A stretch of DNA of 64,000 nucleotides from Squalus acanthias (taxonomy: Eukaryota). Location: positions 48,858,001-48,922,000 of the forward strand of contig CM059432.1 in NCBI GenBank assembly GCA_030390025.1. The letters are read 5' to 3'. Shown in pieces: positions 25,421 through 39,427 of this stretch. The translations under genes were made by a program, and so were the position numbers. Under the pieces are notes generated by a model. That model saw nothing but the letters and a program-made list of their open reading frames with translations. It did no database searches and was not told the DNA's origin. The first letter of the stretch is position 1, and each line of letters starts with the position of its first letter.

Positions 25421-26431
25421 CTCTATAGTGAATACATTTGGAGAAAAAAGTAATTTAATATTGTAATTTAATTACTTTTTCACTTTCACTGCCAATTTTG
25501 TGTATTAGAATATTCTAGACAATATGCAATAGTATATGTGCAGTGACATTCCGAGATGCACATAAAGGGCAGTGTATAAGCAAAAAACAATTTAAAGATG
25601 AGGAAAAAAAAGTGCTCCAGAATGATTTGTAATCACAGACTAAGTGAAGCTAAATGGCTCTGAGCAAAAACTCCATGAGGCTTTCCCTGCCTCTGTTTAA
25701 AATAACTTGCACATTTACACAAAATACCAGTCAGTTGAGAAATTGTTTTGATATTTAAACATGAAGTTTACTCATGACATTACGGGTAATTTTCTGACTT
25801 TTTTCTGCAGACAGAGAGCCTCGCTATTGCTAGTTTATATTGAGAATTCGGGCACGTATGTTTTTGACCAGCACAAATTGGAAAATGACTGATTTCCTCC
25901 CTTGAATAGAAATACTAAGAATAGCTCATTTTAGTTTGCCTGCTGCAGTAGGAACCGTGTCTTTGGTTTCTGAATGTGTGAAGTCATTTAGGTGGCAATT
26001 AGTAAGAAGTTTGTTAATGCATTTGTATGAAATTCCTCTGTCTGCTATTTTAAAGGTGCAAAGCAACGAATTTCATACCAATGCATGAATGCATTCATTG
26101 CTACTGTTACATAGCAGATGTGCCTGGGGCTATTCGATCACCTGGATGCAGTGAATACAGGAAGATTGAGTCGGGAGGAGCACATGTTTGTAAGGCAGCC
26201 CACCCAATCTTCTGTAATTTCAATTAATAGACAGTAAATCGGGCAGGCCCCATTAGTACACGTGCTTCTCCCTGCCTGATTTTCCAGTATTCGCTGTGCC
26301 TAAGCGATCCAGTAACTCCAGGTGCAGGAATTGGAACATCTGCCCCATTGCTAACAATTAAAATATTATAGCCAAGGTGAGGATTATACTAAAGCATCTG
26401 ATTCAGTTACAAGCAATAATCATTATGGCCT

Positions 26432-26659
26432 ACTACAACAACACAAAAGCAAAATACTGCTGGATGCTGGAAATCTGCAATAGAAACAGAAAATGCTGGA
26501 GATACTCAGCAGGTCAGGCAGCTTCTGTGGAGAGAGAAACAGAGCTAACGTTTCAGGTCGATGACCTTTTGTCAGAACTGGAAAATTTCAGTTCTGACGA
26601 AAGGTCAGCGACCTGAAACGTTAACTCTGTTTCTCTCTCCACAGATGCTGCCTGACCGG
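26432..26659. mobile_element. Solo Penelope pseudo-LTR in inverted (hairpin) arrangement
   Basis: Arms of about 73 bp centred at 26584/26585; sequence matches the pLTR at 38650/39430-39535; 13-bp TSD atcattatggcct (26419) / atcattatgacct (26660). Confidence 0.85.
26590..26626 (+). ncRNA. Minimal hammerhead ribozyme
   Basis: Stem I aguu/aacu; CUGACGA plus extra A; stem II aggUc/gaccu; GAA; palindromic ACGU; GUU triplet. Confidence 0.75.
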
Positions 26660-27049
26660 ATCATTATGACCTCATCTGGCTTCCTGGCAGCTGTAAAACG
26701 TCACACAAGAAAACAAATTATTTCATCTTGCCAGAAATAGAAATGCAAAAATGTAGACTGGTTTTAGATTTTTCTTCCTCCTTTTCTTTTAGTTTGTGTT
26801 TAATCCCTCTTAAGTTTGCCTGTTTTTCTTTCGAGTAAAATGGCACCTGCAAGATCTTCAGCACTGTATTTTAAGATGGGGGGAAGACTTCCTCTGGTTG
26901 CTATGTGTTAGCAACAGCACAAACATAGCAAGAAAATTTAATTTGTTCTACTTCTAGCAAAATTGTAAAAGCATTTGTTACTCATACTGCACAGCATTAG
27001 AGACTTACGAATTATGCCATAAAATAGCACAGATAAAAAGTCACCATCG

Positions 27050-28260
27050 TCCCATGTAAAATAATGGAATTATCAGGTATAAACTTGGAGATTATCAGTA
27101 GAATAGTAACTTATTTAACAGTCATCATGGATTTAGAGGAGCAGATACTGCTCGACAAATTTCCTTGGCATATTTGAGAACATGACAAGTCAAGTGGACT
27201 ATGGTGAGCTCCCTGCTGTGTTGCACTAGACTTCCAGAATGCATGTTAGGTTCCACACGAAAGGCTATTAGTTAAACTCAAATACTGTAGGGATTTAGGG
27301 GAAAAATTGGGATTGGAAGAAATTGACTGAAGAACAGAAAACAATGGGCACTGGTTAAAGGAATTAAGTCGGGGTTGGGGGGGGGTGGGGTGCAGGTAGG
27401 GGAGGGCAGTAGACGACAAGGGGTCCCAGGGATTGTGCTTTTTTTGACCACAACAGTTTCTAATTTACATTAATGATTTGGACTCAAAAACTGAATACAA
27501 ATTGGTCAAATTCGCAAACGATACCAAACTAGGAGGGACATTGCAATCGGAAAAGGCAGATGACAAGTTACAGCATGAGCTGGACAAAATAGTTAAGACA
27601 GAACAATAGCAGAAATTTAATGCAGACCAAAATAAAGTACGACACATGCACATACTCAATGAATGGTGTTGAGATAGTTTGAAAGAGCCCTCGGATTCTT
27701 AGTTGATGCGATGCTCAAAATGCTCAAAGCAGCAATCAACAAAGCCAATAGAATATTGAACTACATAGTCACAGCAGTAGAATACACTGTAGGGGAAGTC
27801 ATAAACAAACTATACAGTGCTCTGGACACATCACAGCTTGAATATTTTGTCTAATTTTGGGCACCGAAGGAGATATTCAAGCCCCAGGAGGCAGTATACA
27901 AGGTTGATCCCCAATCTTAGAAATCTTAATAACGAGGAAAAACTGGAGACTTGGGCACTTCATCCTTAAAAGATCTGAAAGATGATCTTACAGGAGGTAC
28001 AATACAAATACAAATTTGCGAATGGTATAGAAAAGGCAAATCTCAAATTGAAATGCAAGAGTGAAGCATGGGGTTGCAGGTTTAATCTAGTAAAAGGCAA
28101 ATTTAGGACTGATAGCCAGAAATATTTCCTCACACAAAGAATGATCAATACATAAAATGGACTCCTGGATAGACATGTGGGGGTATAAACTCTGGAATTG
28201 GGTACTGCAATGGGAGGATTGCAGGGTCATTCTGGTTACTTTGGCTAAGGTGGGCCATCA
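27050..28260 (+). mobile_element. Old CR1 RT and 3' fragment
   Basis: Degenerate SHHGF, LDFQ, INDLD...KFANDTKLGG and RKYFLTQR motifs. Confidence 0.75.
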
Positions 28261-29646
28261 TTTTATTGTGATTTCTGATAAGGCAAAAATATGAACCCCA
28301 TATTTAGCTTGGGGAGAGGGAAGAATGTGGGGCCACATTACCGTCTAAACACTCAGGAATAAGGCGATGGAGCGAGAAATCACCAAGAGACCTATGGAAA
28401 TGGTCCCAGTCAAGACAAGAGACGAGGGCGATCCCAGGCAATCGCAATCACAATCACGGGAAGGGAAGTCCAGGGATTCCTTGTGGGGCCTAGAGCAGCA
28501 CTCCTGCTCCTCGTGGCCCAGTAATACTTACCTGGCCTCTTCTGGCTCTGGATCCATTCTGCAGCAGCTTTCCCGGGCACGGTCCGTACTGTGCGCAACT
28601 CACGTGGCCTAGGGCTAAAATAGCTTTGAGGTATGAATGTGATACTTCGGAGTCTCAATTTTGAATACCTATGAGGCCCTTGCCTGCCTGTGGCAAGAGG
28701 CTCACACACAATGTCCCCTCTAATTTTATTTGGCAGCGCGGGCCATTCAAAATACCGCGCATACGCGGTTTTTGTATTGAAAGGCCAGCAAGCCGGCTGC
28801 GCGGGTTCCCTGGAGTCCTGCGTGGCCACACGGCTAACAGGGAACATTGCTCGCAATCCTCCCAGCAGTAAAAACCCAGCAGCAGAAATAGCGGCAGGCA
28901 TCAGATCTGCTCAAACGCGGAAGTAAGGATGCTGCCACAATTTTAAACCCCTCATGTGCCCCGTCCTCATCGGGCACAGAGGTTTAACACCAGATCTATG
29001 GTCTCACTATGGTAGAAAGATAAAGTATGAATATGCATCTTTAAAGCTTAAAATCAAAGGTATTGCATTGTTACTATTGATATTCAGCACATTATGTCTC
29101 ATTCCTGAATGAGCGTTCTTAAATCCACTACTGTTCTCATCAGTATTCAGTTGCAATCTCGCAAGCATCTTTTTCACTCTGAAAGAACCTAGACCTCATT
29201 TTTCTCAATAATGAAGCAATTTACACTTGAAATTTCAAGAGCCCTCAAACTGTCAAAATGAAGCAAATGGCTCCTCTGCATTCTCCCTTTGTCTGTTCGT
29301 CCAGTGGTCAGTAGTGCATTCTACATTCCTTTACAACAGCCTGCTCAACTGCTGATATTTCCCTTGATAATATTTTTACAGTTAACTCTTTTCAGACTCT
29401 GATGTTCAATTTTGGCACCTTCCATGACCCTAGGAGATTCGTGCAACGCCACTGTCACGTTGAGAACTGGAAAAAAAAAAAATCACAAGGTTTATCCAGT
29501 GAGGTGTTTCAGCAATGGCTGTAAAAGTAAAGTAAGTTGCATTTAGTGCAGGTGTCACTGAATGGAGCACAAAAATAGCAATCAAAGTCTAAATAGTTCC
29601 ACATCAGTCATTCCAGCACAGCCTGTGAGATGAGCGCAGCTATAAT

Positions 29647-30285
29647 GGGTCACATTTTGCTGGAGCGGGGCATCTGGCGGCACGGCCAGTTAGTTAGACT
29701 TACAATTGCACGTTTAGGTTTTTTATTGCTTTGCCCACAAAGTTGCTGGAAGTGCGAGCTGATAACGGTGCAGCGAGGGCAACACGGACCTTGATGAACA
29801 ACGGGACAAACAGGGTATCTCCTTAATCAATGAGATTAAAGAATTGAGAAATAAACTGAGGAAAGACTGAGAAGGAGGGTGAATTAGAGTGGGTGAATTC
29901 AATGTCAAATCAGGTGCAGAAAGAGAAATAAAGAGAGAGAAATAAAGATTGGATTAAGAGAGAGAGAGTGAGAGAAAAAAAGAGACAAAGGAAAAGTAAG
30001 AAAAAAAAGTAAAAATTTAAAATTTGACATTTTAAAGTCTCCTAAAACAATTCACAACCTGAAGGAATGAGACTCCACACTTATAATTGTTTACTTATTG
30101 TTTAAAGCGATTGTTTAAAGCGCGACATAACATTTTCATGAAGCTAACGGCGAAGCGGAGCAAATCGGCCGGCAACTTGTGGTGATTTGCAATTCACGGG
30201 GTATCTCTTCCTCACTACCAGTTGCTGGCTGGTTTGCGCATTAATAACATTCAGACACCGTTATTTTTTCAGCAAAATCTGGCCC
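29647..30285. mobile_element. PIF/Harbinger-type MITE
   Basis: TIRs GGGTCACATTTTGCTG / CAGCAAAATCTGGCCC, flanks AAT/ATT. Confidence 0.7.
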
Positions 30286-30383
30286 ATTCACTCCAGGTCT
30301 AAAACTGTTCACCAAAATCTTTGGGTAGTAATTACAACCAACATTACACAGAAAAGCACAACACTGCGACAGAGAACTACATC

Positions 30384-31040
30384 GGGTAGAGTTTCTGCTT
30401 TGGGCGCAATCGACGAAATGGCCGCAAATTGCACCCGTTTTGAAGAGTGCTTGTTTTAAAATTTTGCTTTAAAAAATATTCCTTTAAAAAAATAGCTCTT
30501 GATACTTAAGAGTGGTAACTAGGTGCAGTTTGATTAATACAGCTGAAAATGGGTTTATCACAAAAAAATAAGCATTTTTTAATCAGCGTCAATCTGTGAG
30601 TAACCTGATTTAAAATGACTGAAAATGATTTTTTTTTTAAATATACAGAACCATTTCCCAGTTATATCGGGGTACAGTAGTCATGTTCCTTAGTAAATTA
30701 AAAAACTATATCTATTCAAAAGCTTTTAAAACGTTCCTATTAGTGTTGTTGTGCCCAAAAGATGCAGCCTCATTTTTAGAGGCTCCTCGAAGGCCTGCAA
30801 ATGAGCGCAATTAGCAGAAACTCCCAATGGTGATTAATTCACCCTGGTGGGCGTGGCCAGTTTTGTGGGTGGGGCCTGCTTCTAGCGCGATGTTTTTTAA
30901 ACTAGCGCAAAGAATCGCAGAAACTCGAGTTGTGCTGAATGCAATTTGCACTTAAAATTCTGCGATCTTTAGTGCCGGTTATGCCGACTTCGGTCAAATT
31001 ACGCTGAATAAAACCCAGTGCAATCAAGGCACTCCAGGCC
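30384..31040. mobile_element. MITE, same family as 3365-3790
   Basis: Shared internal block with 3580-3690; ends approximate. Confidence 0.5.
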
Positions 31041-32109
31041 GATATTTTAATTAAAACTGGGTGTTAAAAACAATAACATAATCTGAGCCACATTAGATGT
31101 GCTTTTAAATCATAAAAAGCTGGCAGGCTTGATGCTCATGTGACACCAACAAACTAAGTTGCTCTATAATGTTGCTTCCAGGTTTTCATTGTTGCCTTTC
31201 TACCATATGTGGATATTGTTGTCATAATTTAATGTGTGTGTGCCTCTGTTTCACTGCAGCACACATCATATATTGCAATTTATACTGGTGGAAACACTCC
31301 GCATTGCTTGTGTCAGGGGTAATTTGCAGCGCAAAAAACCAAGGCAAGGTACGGAAGCAGTACTTTGCTGCAATTTAATGATCACATCTGTGCTATAAAT
31401 CAGCCCAAATGAGTATAATTAGTAGCACCCACTTTTAGGTGATCTGAATGTCGAGCAAACAACATAAATCACTGCTCAGCAGCAATGCACTATCTTAAAT
31501 GGAGAAAGTGACTGAAAGACTTGTGGTTAGACAGCTCAGGGAAAGCGAAAAAGAGGAAAGCCCATGAGGCCAGGCTACTCAGAACATGCATTCACTTTTT
31601 TGATTACTCAGATACTCAAAATCATCTGACAGCATCACTTAAACAAGCAAATTATAATTTATTTATGTGTGATGTTGCACGTGAATCTGGAGTGCCAGGC
31701 CCCAAGAAGTCAAGTCGTGTCAACGTCTTTTAAATTAACAATAGCGCCAACATTTATTACCACTGGCACTTTTCAGACTCTGACTCGAGAAATAGTAGGA
31801 ATCATCCAGCCTTTAATGCCCACAATTATTATGCAGGTAAGTTGCATCACGTCAAGTAGGAAAATAAATATACCTGTTCCTCATGGAATATTGAACAGTA
31901 TTGAGGTAAATAAATTTACAGTATTTCTACCTTCTTAAAGCAATTGAGATTCTTCAGCTCAGTTAACAAATTATGTTGTGAATATACTGTAAAAGCAGAA
32001 AACACGTAACTTTAGTGAATAAGCAACTAATGGATCATACTTCTTTTTCAGAGAAGGTTGATAATAGATAGATGGATCCGGGGTGCAGACTAGCTGCTAT
32101 GTAAAATTA

Positions 32110-32640
32110 ATCATAAAAGGTTACTGCATAAGATAAGAGCTCATGGTGTTGGGGGTAATATATTTGATTGGATGGAGGACTGGCTAACTAACAGAAAACA
32201 GAGAGTCGGGATAAATGGGTCATTTTCAGGTTGGCAAACTGTAACTAATGGGGTGCCACAGGGATCAGTGCTGGGGCCCCAACTATTTTCAATCGATATT
32301 AATGACTTAGATGAAGTTAACATGCAAGTGCAGCAAGTAATTAGGGAGGCAAATGGAATGTTGGCCTTTATTTCAAGGGGTATAAAATAGAGTATAAAAT
32401 TAGCTAAGTCTTGCTACAACCGTACAGGGCCCTGGTGAGACCACACTTACAGTACTGTGTACAGTTTTGGTTCCCTTATTTAAGGAGGGATATACTTGCA
32501 TTTGAGGCAGTTCAGAGAAGGTTCACTAGTTTGATGCCTGGGATGGAAGGGTTGTTTTATGAGGAAAGGTTGAGCAGGCTGGGCCTATACTCATTGGAGT
32601 TTAGAAGAACGAGAGGTGATCTTATTGAAACATATATAAG
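32110..32640 (+). mobile_element. CR1 RT fragment, outermost layer of nest (resumes at 39536)
   Basis: [28 protein letters not shown]; internal deletion after DLDE. Confidence 0.9.
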
Positions 32641-32758
32641 CCCACTGACTCCCACAGCTACCTGGACTATGCTTCCTCCCACCCCACTTCCTGTAAGGAC
32701 TCTATTCCATTCTTCCAGTTTTTCCACCTCTGCCACATCTGCTCTGACAATGCCACTT

Positions 32759-35400
32759 TAAGAACATAAGAAATAGGAGCAGGAGTCGGCCAATTGGCCC
32801 CTCGAGCCAGCTCCGCCATTCAATAAGATCATGGCTGATCTGATCCTAACCGCCAATCTACTATCACAGAACCATCTCCTGAACCTAACAGAATTGGACA
32901 CATGAAATAGGAGCAGGATCAGGCTACACGGCCCCTGGGCCCGCTATGCTACCCACAGGGCCATGACCAATCCGAACCTAGACTCATGTCCAAATTCCTG
33001 CCCGCTCCCCGTAACCCTTAATTCCCTTTACTTCTAGGAAACTGTCTATTTCTGTTTTAAATTTATGTAATGATGTAGCTTCTACAGCTTTTTGGGGCAG
33101 CATATTCCATGGACCTACCACCCTCTGAGTGAAGTAGTTCCTTCTCATCTCAGTTTTGAAAGAGCAGCCCCTTATTCTAAGACTATGCCCCCTAGTTCTA
33201 GTTTCACCCATCATCGGGAACATCCTCCCCGCATCCACCCGATCCAACCCCTTCACAATCTTATATGTTTCAATAAGATCGCCTCTCATTCTTCTGAACT
33301 CCAATGAGTAGAGTCCCAATCTACCCAACCTCTCCTCATATGTCCATCCCTCTCCCGGGATTAACCGAGTGAACCTTCTTTGTACTGACTCGAGAGCAAG
33401 TATGTCTTTTCTTAAGTATGGACACCAAAACTGTATGCAGTATTCCAGGTGCGGTCTCACCAATACCTTGTACAACTGAAGCAATACCTCCCTATTTTTA
33501 TATTCTATCCCCTTAGCAATGAAAGCCAACATTCCATTGGCCTTCTTAATCACTTGCTGCACCTGCATACTAACCTTTTGAGTTTCGTGCACCAGGACCC
33601 CCAGATCCCTTTGTACTTCAGTACTTTCCAGTTTCTTGCCATTAAGATAATAACTTGCTCTACTATTTTTCCTGCCAAAGTGCATAACCTCACACTTTCC
33701 AGTATTGTATTCCATCTGCCAAATCTCTGCCTGTCTATGTCCCCTTGCAGATTTTTTATGTCCTCCTCACTCACTACTTTCCCTCCCATCTTAGTATCAT
33801 CTGCAAACTTTGATATGTTACACTCGGTCCCCTCCTCCAAATCGTTAATATAGATTGTAAAGAGTTGGGGACCTAGCACTGACCCCTGCGGAACACCACT
33901 AGTTACTGATTGCCAGTCTGAGAATGAACCATTTATCCCAACTCTCTGCCTTCTGTTAGATAGCCAATCCTCTATCCATGCCAGAATATTACCCCCAATC
34001 CCGTGATTTTTTATCTTAAGCAATAATCTTTTGTGTGGCACCTTGTCAAATGCCTTTTGGAAGTCTAAATACACCACATCCACTGGTTCCCCTTTATCCA
34101 CCCTGTGTGTTACTTCCTCAAAGAACTCCAGCAAATTTGTCAAACATGACTTCCCCTTCATAAAACCATGCTGACTTTGTCCTATTAAATTATGATTATC
34201 CAAATGTCCCGTTACTGTCTCCTTAATAATGGACTCCAAAATTTTACCTATCACAGATGTTAGGCTAACCGGTCTATAGTTTCCAGCCTTCTGTCTACTG
34301 CCCTTTTTAAATAAGGGTGTTACATTAGCAGTTTTCCAGTCTGCCGGGATCTTTGCTGAGTCCAGGGAGTTTTGGAAAATTATTACCAATGCATCCACAA
34401 TCCCTACCGCCACTTCCCTCAAGACCCTAGGATGTAAGCCATCAGGTCCAGGTGATTTATCCGCCTTGAGTCCATTATTTTACCGAGTACCACTTCCTTA
34501 GTGATTTTGATCGTGTTTAGCTCCTCCCCCCCTATAGCCCCCTGTTTGTCCAGTGTTGGGATATTCTTAGTGTCCTCTACTGTAAAGACTGATACAAAAT
34601 ATCATTCAGTGTATTTGCCATCTCCATATTTCCCACCATTAATTCCCGATCTCATCCTCAAGGGACCAACATTTACTTTAGCCACCCTTTTTCTTTTTAT
34701 ATAACTATAAAAACTCTTACTATCTGTTTTTATATTTTTTGCTAATTTACTTTCATAATCTATTTCTCTTTCTTAATCAATCTTTTTGTTATTTTTTGCT
34801 GTCTTTTAAAGCTTTCCCAATCCTCTATCCTCCCACTAGATTTGGCTACCTTAAAAGCCCTCGTTTTCAGTCGAATACTATCCTTAATTTCTTTACTTAG
34901 CCACGGATGACTGTCTTTTCTTTTACACCCTTTTCTTCTCAGTGGAATATATATTTTTTGGAAGTTGTAAAATAACTCCTTAAATGTACACCACTGATCA
35001 TGTATCGTCTTACCCTTTAATCTATTTTCCCAATCCACTCTACTAAATTCCGCTCGCATACCTTCATAGTCTCCTTTATTCAAGCTTAGCACGCTTGTTT
35101 GAGATCCAACCTTCTCACCCTCTAATTGAATATGGAATTCAACCATGTTATGGTCACTCATTCCAAGGGGATCCTTTACTAGGACATTTTTAATTAATCC
35201 TGTCTTGTTACACAGGACCAGATCTAAGGTTGCTTGCCCCCTGGTCGGTTCAGTTACATACTACTCAAGAAACCCATCCCTAATACACTCAATGAACTCA
35301 TCCTCAAGGCAGCCCTGCCCAATTTGATTTGTCCAATTAATATGATAGTTAAAATCCCCCATAATTATAGATGTTCCCTTATTACAAGCCTCAACTATTT
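32759..35400 (-). mobile_element. CR1/HER1 LINE A, 3' part (5' part at 37305-37628)
   Basis: Near-intact EN C-terminus and RT (ORFs 34760-35161, 33550-34422, 32984-33715) with few frameshifts; HER1-type tail. Confidence 0.95.
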
Positions 35401-37304
35401 CATAGAAACATAGAAACATAGAAAATAGGTGCAGGAGTAGACCATTCGGTCCTTCGAGCCTGCATCGCCATTTAATGCGTTCATGGCTGAACATGCTACC
35501 TCAGTACCCCATTCCTGCTTTCTCGCCATACCCCTTGATCCCCCTAGTTGTGAGTATTATATCTAACTCCCTTTTGAATATATTTAGCGAACTGGCCTCA
35601 ACAACCTTCTGTGGTCGAGAATTCCACAGATTCACCACTCTCTGGGTGAAGAAATTCCTCCTCATCTCAGTCTTAAATGGCTTCCCCTTTATCCTTAGAC
35701 TGTGACCCCTGGTTTTAGTTTTCCCTAACATTGGAAACATTCTGCCCGCATCTAATTTGTCTAAACCAGTCAGGATTTTAAACATCTCTATAAGATCCCC
35801 CCCTCATTCTTCTGAACTCCAGAGGATACAAGTTCAGTTGATCCAGTCTTTCTTGATATGTCAGTCTGGACATCCCAGGAATCAATCTAGTGAACCTTCG
35901 TTGCACTCCCTCAATAGCAAGAATGTCCTTCCTCAAGTTAGGAGACCAAAACTGCACACAATACTCCAGGTGTGGCCTCACCAAGGCCCTGTACAACTGT
36001 AGCATCACCTCCCTACTCCTGTACTCAAATCCCCTTGCTATGAAGGCCATCATGCCATTTGCTTTCTTGACTGCCTGCTGCACTTGCCTTCCCACCTTCA
36101 GTGACTGATGTACCATGACGCCCAGGTCTCGTTGCACCGCCCCTTTCCCTAATCTGCCACCATTCAGGTAATAGTCTGCCTCCCTATTTTTACCACCGAA
36201 GTGGATAACCTCACATTTATCCACATTGTACTTCATCTGCCATACATTTGCCCATTCACCCAACCTGTCCAAGTCACTCTGTAGCCTCCTAGCATCCTCC
36301 TCATTGTTCACACTGCCTCCCAATTTAGTGTCATCCGCAAATTTGGAGATATTACAATTAATCCCTTCGTCCAAATCATTAATATATAATGTAAACAGCT
36401 GGGGCCCCAGCACCGAACCCTGCGGTACCCCGCTGGTCACTGCCTGCCATTCTGAAAAGTACCCATTTACTCCTACTCTTTGTTTCCTGTGTGCCAACCA
36501 GTTCTCAATCCACGTCAACACATTACCCCCAATCCCATGTGCTTTAACTTTGCACACCAATCTCTTGTGTGGGACCTTGTCGAAGGCCTTCTGAAAGTCC
36601 AAATACACCACATCTACTGGTTCCCCCCCGTCCACCCTATTGGAAACATCCTCAAAAAATTCCAGAAGATTTGTCAAGCATGATTTCCCTTTCACAAATC
36701 CATGCTGACTTGGACCTATCATGTCGCCACTTTCCAAATGGTCTGTTATGACATCTTTAATAATTGATTCCATCATTTTACCCACCACCGATGTCAGGCT
36801 GACCAGTCTATAATTCCCTGCTTTCTCCCTCCCTCCTTTTTTAAAAAGAGGGGTTACATTAGCCACCCTCCACTCCTTCAGAACTGATCCAGAGTCTAAG
36901 GAATGTTGGAAAATGATCGTCAATGCATCCACTATTTCCAAGGCCACCTCCTTAAGTACTCTGGGATGCAGACCATCAGGCCCTGGGGATTTATCAGCCT
37001 TCAGTCCCATCAATTTCCCCAACACCTTTTCCCGACTGATAAGGATTTCCCTCAGCTCCTCCCTCTTACCAGATCCTTTGATCTCTTTTATTTCCGGAAG
37101 GTTGTTTGTGTCCTCCACAGTAAACACCGAACCAAAGTACTTGTTCAATTGATCTGCCATTTCTTTGTTCCCCATTATGACTTCCCCTGTTTCTGACTGC
37201 AGGGGACCTACATTTGTTTTTACTAACCTCTTTCTTTTTACATATTTATAGAAGCTTTTGCAGTCCGTTTTAATGTTCTCCGCAAGCTTCCTTTCATATT
37301 TTAT
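35401..37304 (-). mobile_element. CR1/HER1 LINE B, young 5'-truncated copy inserted in LINE A
   Basis: RT ORF of about 500 codons (35778-37340), one frameshift near 35790, (TTTCTATG)3 tail at 35401-35425. Confidence 0.95.
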
Positions 37305-37628
37305 AGATTCCGATTGATACTCCGTCCAACAGAGTTGCAACTATTCGAAGGCCTATAGACTACGCCCACTAGTGTTTTTTTTTTACCCTGATTATTCCTT
37401 ATCTCCACCCAAACTGTTTCATTATCCTGATCTTTTGACCCAATATCATTTCTCTGTATTACAGTGATTCCTTCCTTTATTAACATAGCCACCCCACCTC
37501 CCCTTCCTTCCTGCCTGTCCTTCCTGATCGTTAAATAACCTGGTATGTTTAATTCCCAGGCATTGTCACCCTGCAGCCATGTTTCTGTAATGGCCACAAG
37601 ATCATACCCATATGTAGTTATTTGTGCC
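37305..37628 (-). mobile_element. CR1 LINE A 5' part (endonuclease N-terminus)
   Basis: DLVAITETWL...RKDR..GRGGGVA...VVYRP...SINR, continuing as EIVEACNKG at 35400. Confidence 0.9.
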
Positions 37629-38686
37629 TTCCATACTAGTACTTCCAACATGTCTTCCTTTTTCCTCAACCGAGGATTCCCCTCTACCGTGGTTGACACG
37701 GCCCTTGACCGTGTCCGGTCTATTTCCCGCACTTCTGCTTGCACCCCTTCCCCTCCCTCCCAGAACCACGATCGGGTTCCCCTTGTCCTCACCTTTCACC
37801 CCACCTGCCTTCACATTAAACGATCATCCGCCGCCATTTCCACCACCTCCAACGTGATCCCACCACCAAACACATCTTCCCCTCACCACCCCTTTCAGCA
37901 TTCCGAAGGGACCTGCTCCCTCTGCGACACCCTGGTCCACTCCTCTATCACCCCCAAGAGCCCCTCCCCTGGCACCTTCACGTGCAAGCGCAGGAGATGC
38001 AACATCTGCCCTTTTACCTCCTCCCTTCCCACTGTCCAGGGCCCCAAACACTCCTTCCAGGTGAAACAGCGATTTACTTGTACTTCTTGCAATTTAGTAT
38101 ACTGTATTCGCTGCTCACGATGCGGTCTCTCTACATTGGGGAGACCAAATGCAGATTGGGCGACCGCTTTGCGGAACACCTCCGTTCAGTCCGTAAGGGT
38201 GACCCCGAGCTTCCGGTTGCCTGTCACTTTAATTCTCCGCTCCACTCCTACTCTGACCGCTCCATCCTCGGCCTCTTACACTGTTCCAATGAAGCTCAAC
38301 ATAAGCTCGAGGAACAGCACCTCATCTTTCGATTAGGCACTTTACAGCTTCTGGACTCAACATTGAGTTCAACAATTTCAGTCCATAACCTCTGCCCCTA
38401 TCATTTTTTTCTCTCTCTCACTTAGCAGCTGTCGATCGTTCTGCCATTGCAATTTACACTTCATCTAGAATCATCTTTTGTTTCTTAACTTGTCCCATTA
38501 CCATCTCCTTTTGCCTTGCACCATCATCCCTTATGTCTCTTAATCTCTCCTGCCTTCCATCCTATCACTACCTTCCCTTTTGTTCTTTCATCCCCTCCCC
38601 CCTTTCCCTGCCCCTACACTTGCTTAAAAACCGGTTACATCTCCAACTTTTTCCAGTTCTGACAAAGGGTCATCGACCTGAAACCA

Positions 38687-39427
38687 TGTCCGTATTTTCC
38701 GATCAGAGGCTTCCTGCGTGCGAAGGCCTCCGATCTGGAAAAAATCTACGGACTTACCCGAGGGCTCCCGCGGTCCAGACACTTCCGCTCCTGGGCCTCT
38801 CCAACTCGGAATGTGCAGGGCCCACGTATCCCAGAGGCGCATGCGGTTCGCAAGCGTCCCTGGATCACGTGGGCCATGGGGAGCCAATCAAAGAAGGGAA
38901 TCTCCCTTCATACACTTGACAGATAGACCTGTCAAATATATGAATGGAGATCACCCCAAAAACACTGTAAAACATTAAATAAATTTTTAAAAAATCACAT
39001 TTTTAAAATGAGTTGAAATTACAATAAAATAAATATTTTAAACAAAAATTTAATTTCTTGAAAAAATAATTAAAGTTTTTACAGGGCTAAAAATGAATTT
39101 ACCTTTTTTTAAAGTATTTTTAAATGATAAATGAGTGAAAAAATAGTTTTTTTTTACTTTTTTCAAATCTTATGCTGGTAAAAGCAGGCCTTACGCTTTT
39201 ACCAGGCGTAAGATTTCTAAGGGTTTTCTGTGGGCGGAGGTTCTCCAGAAAGTGGAACTATCCGCCTGCAGAGGCCCTTCTCTAGGGCAGGCGTCCGATC
39301 TGTCAAGAACATTTTTGACAGATCGGAAGTGCCGGTTTTCAGCGCATGCCTGAAACCGGCATTTCCGATGTCCCTATGGGTGTGTACACAGCACGTACAC
39401 ACCCATAGGGATCGGAAAATACGGCCC
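38687..39427. mobile_element. PIF/Harbinger-type MITE inserted in Penelope pLTR hammerhead
   Basis: TIR core CCGTATTTTCCGATC / GATCGGAAAATACGG; interior related (inverted) to MITEs at 1-792 and 5499-6241. Confidence 0.8.

Noticed and set aside
35778..37340. 520-aa RT ORF as an active or domesticated gene
   Set aside because: 5'-truncated CR1 copy lacking its own endonuclease, with a chimeric start and a frameshift near the end.
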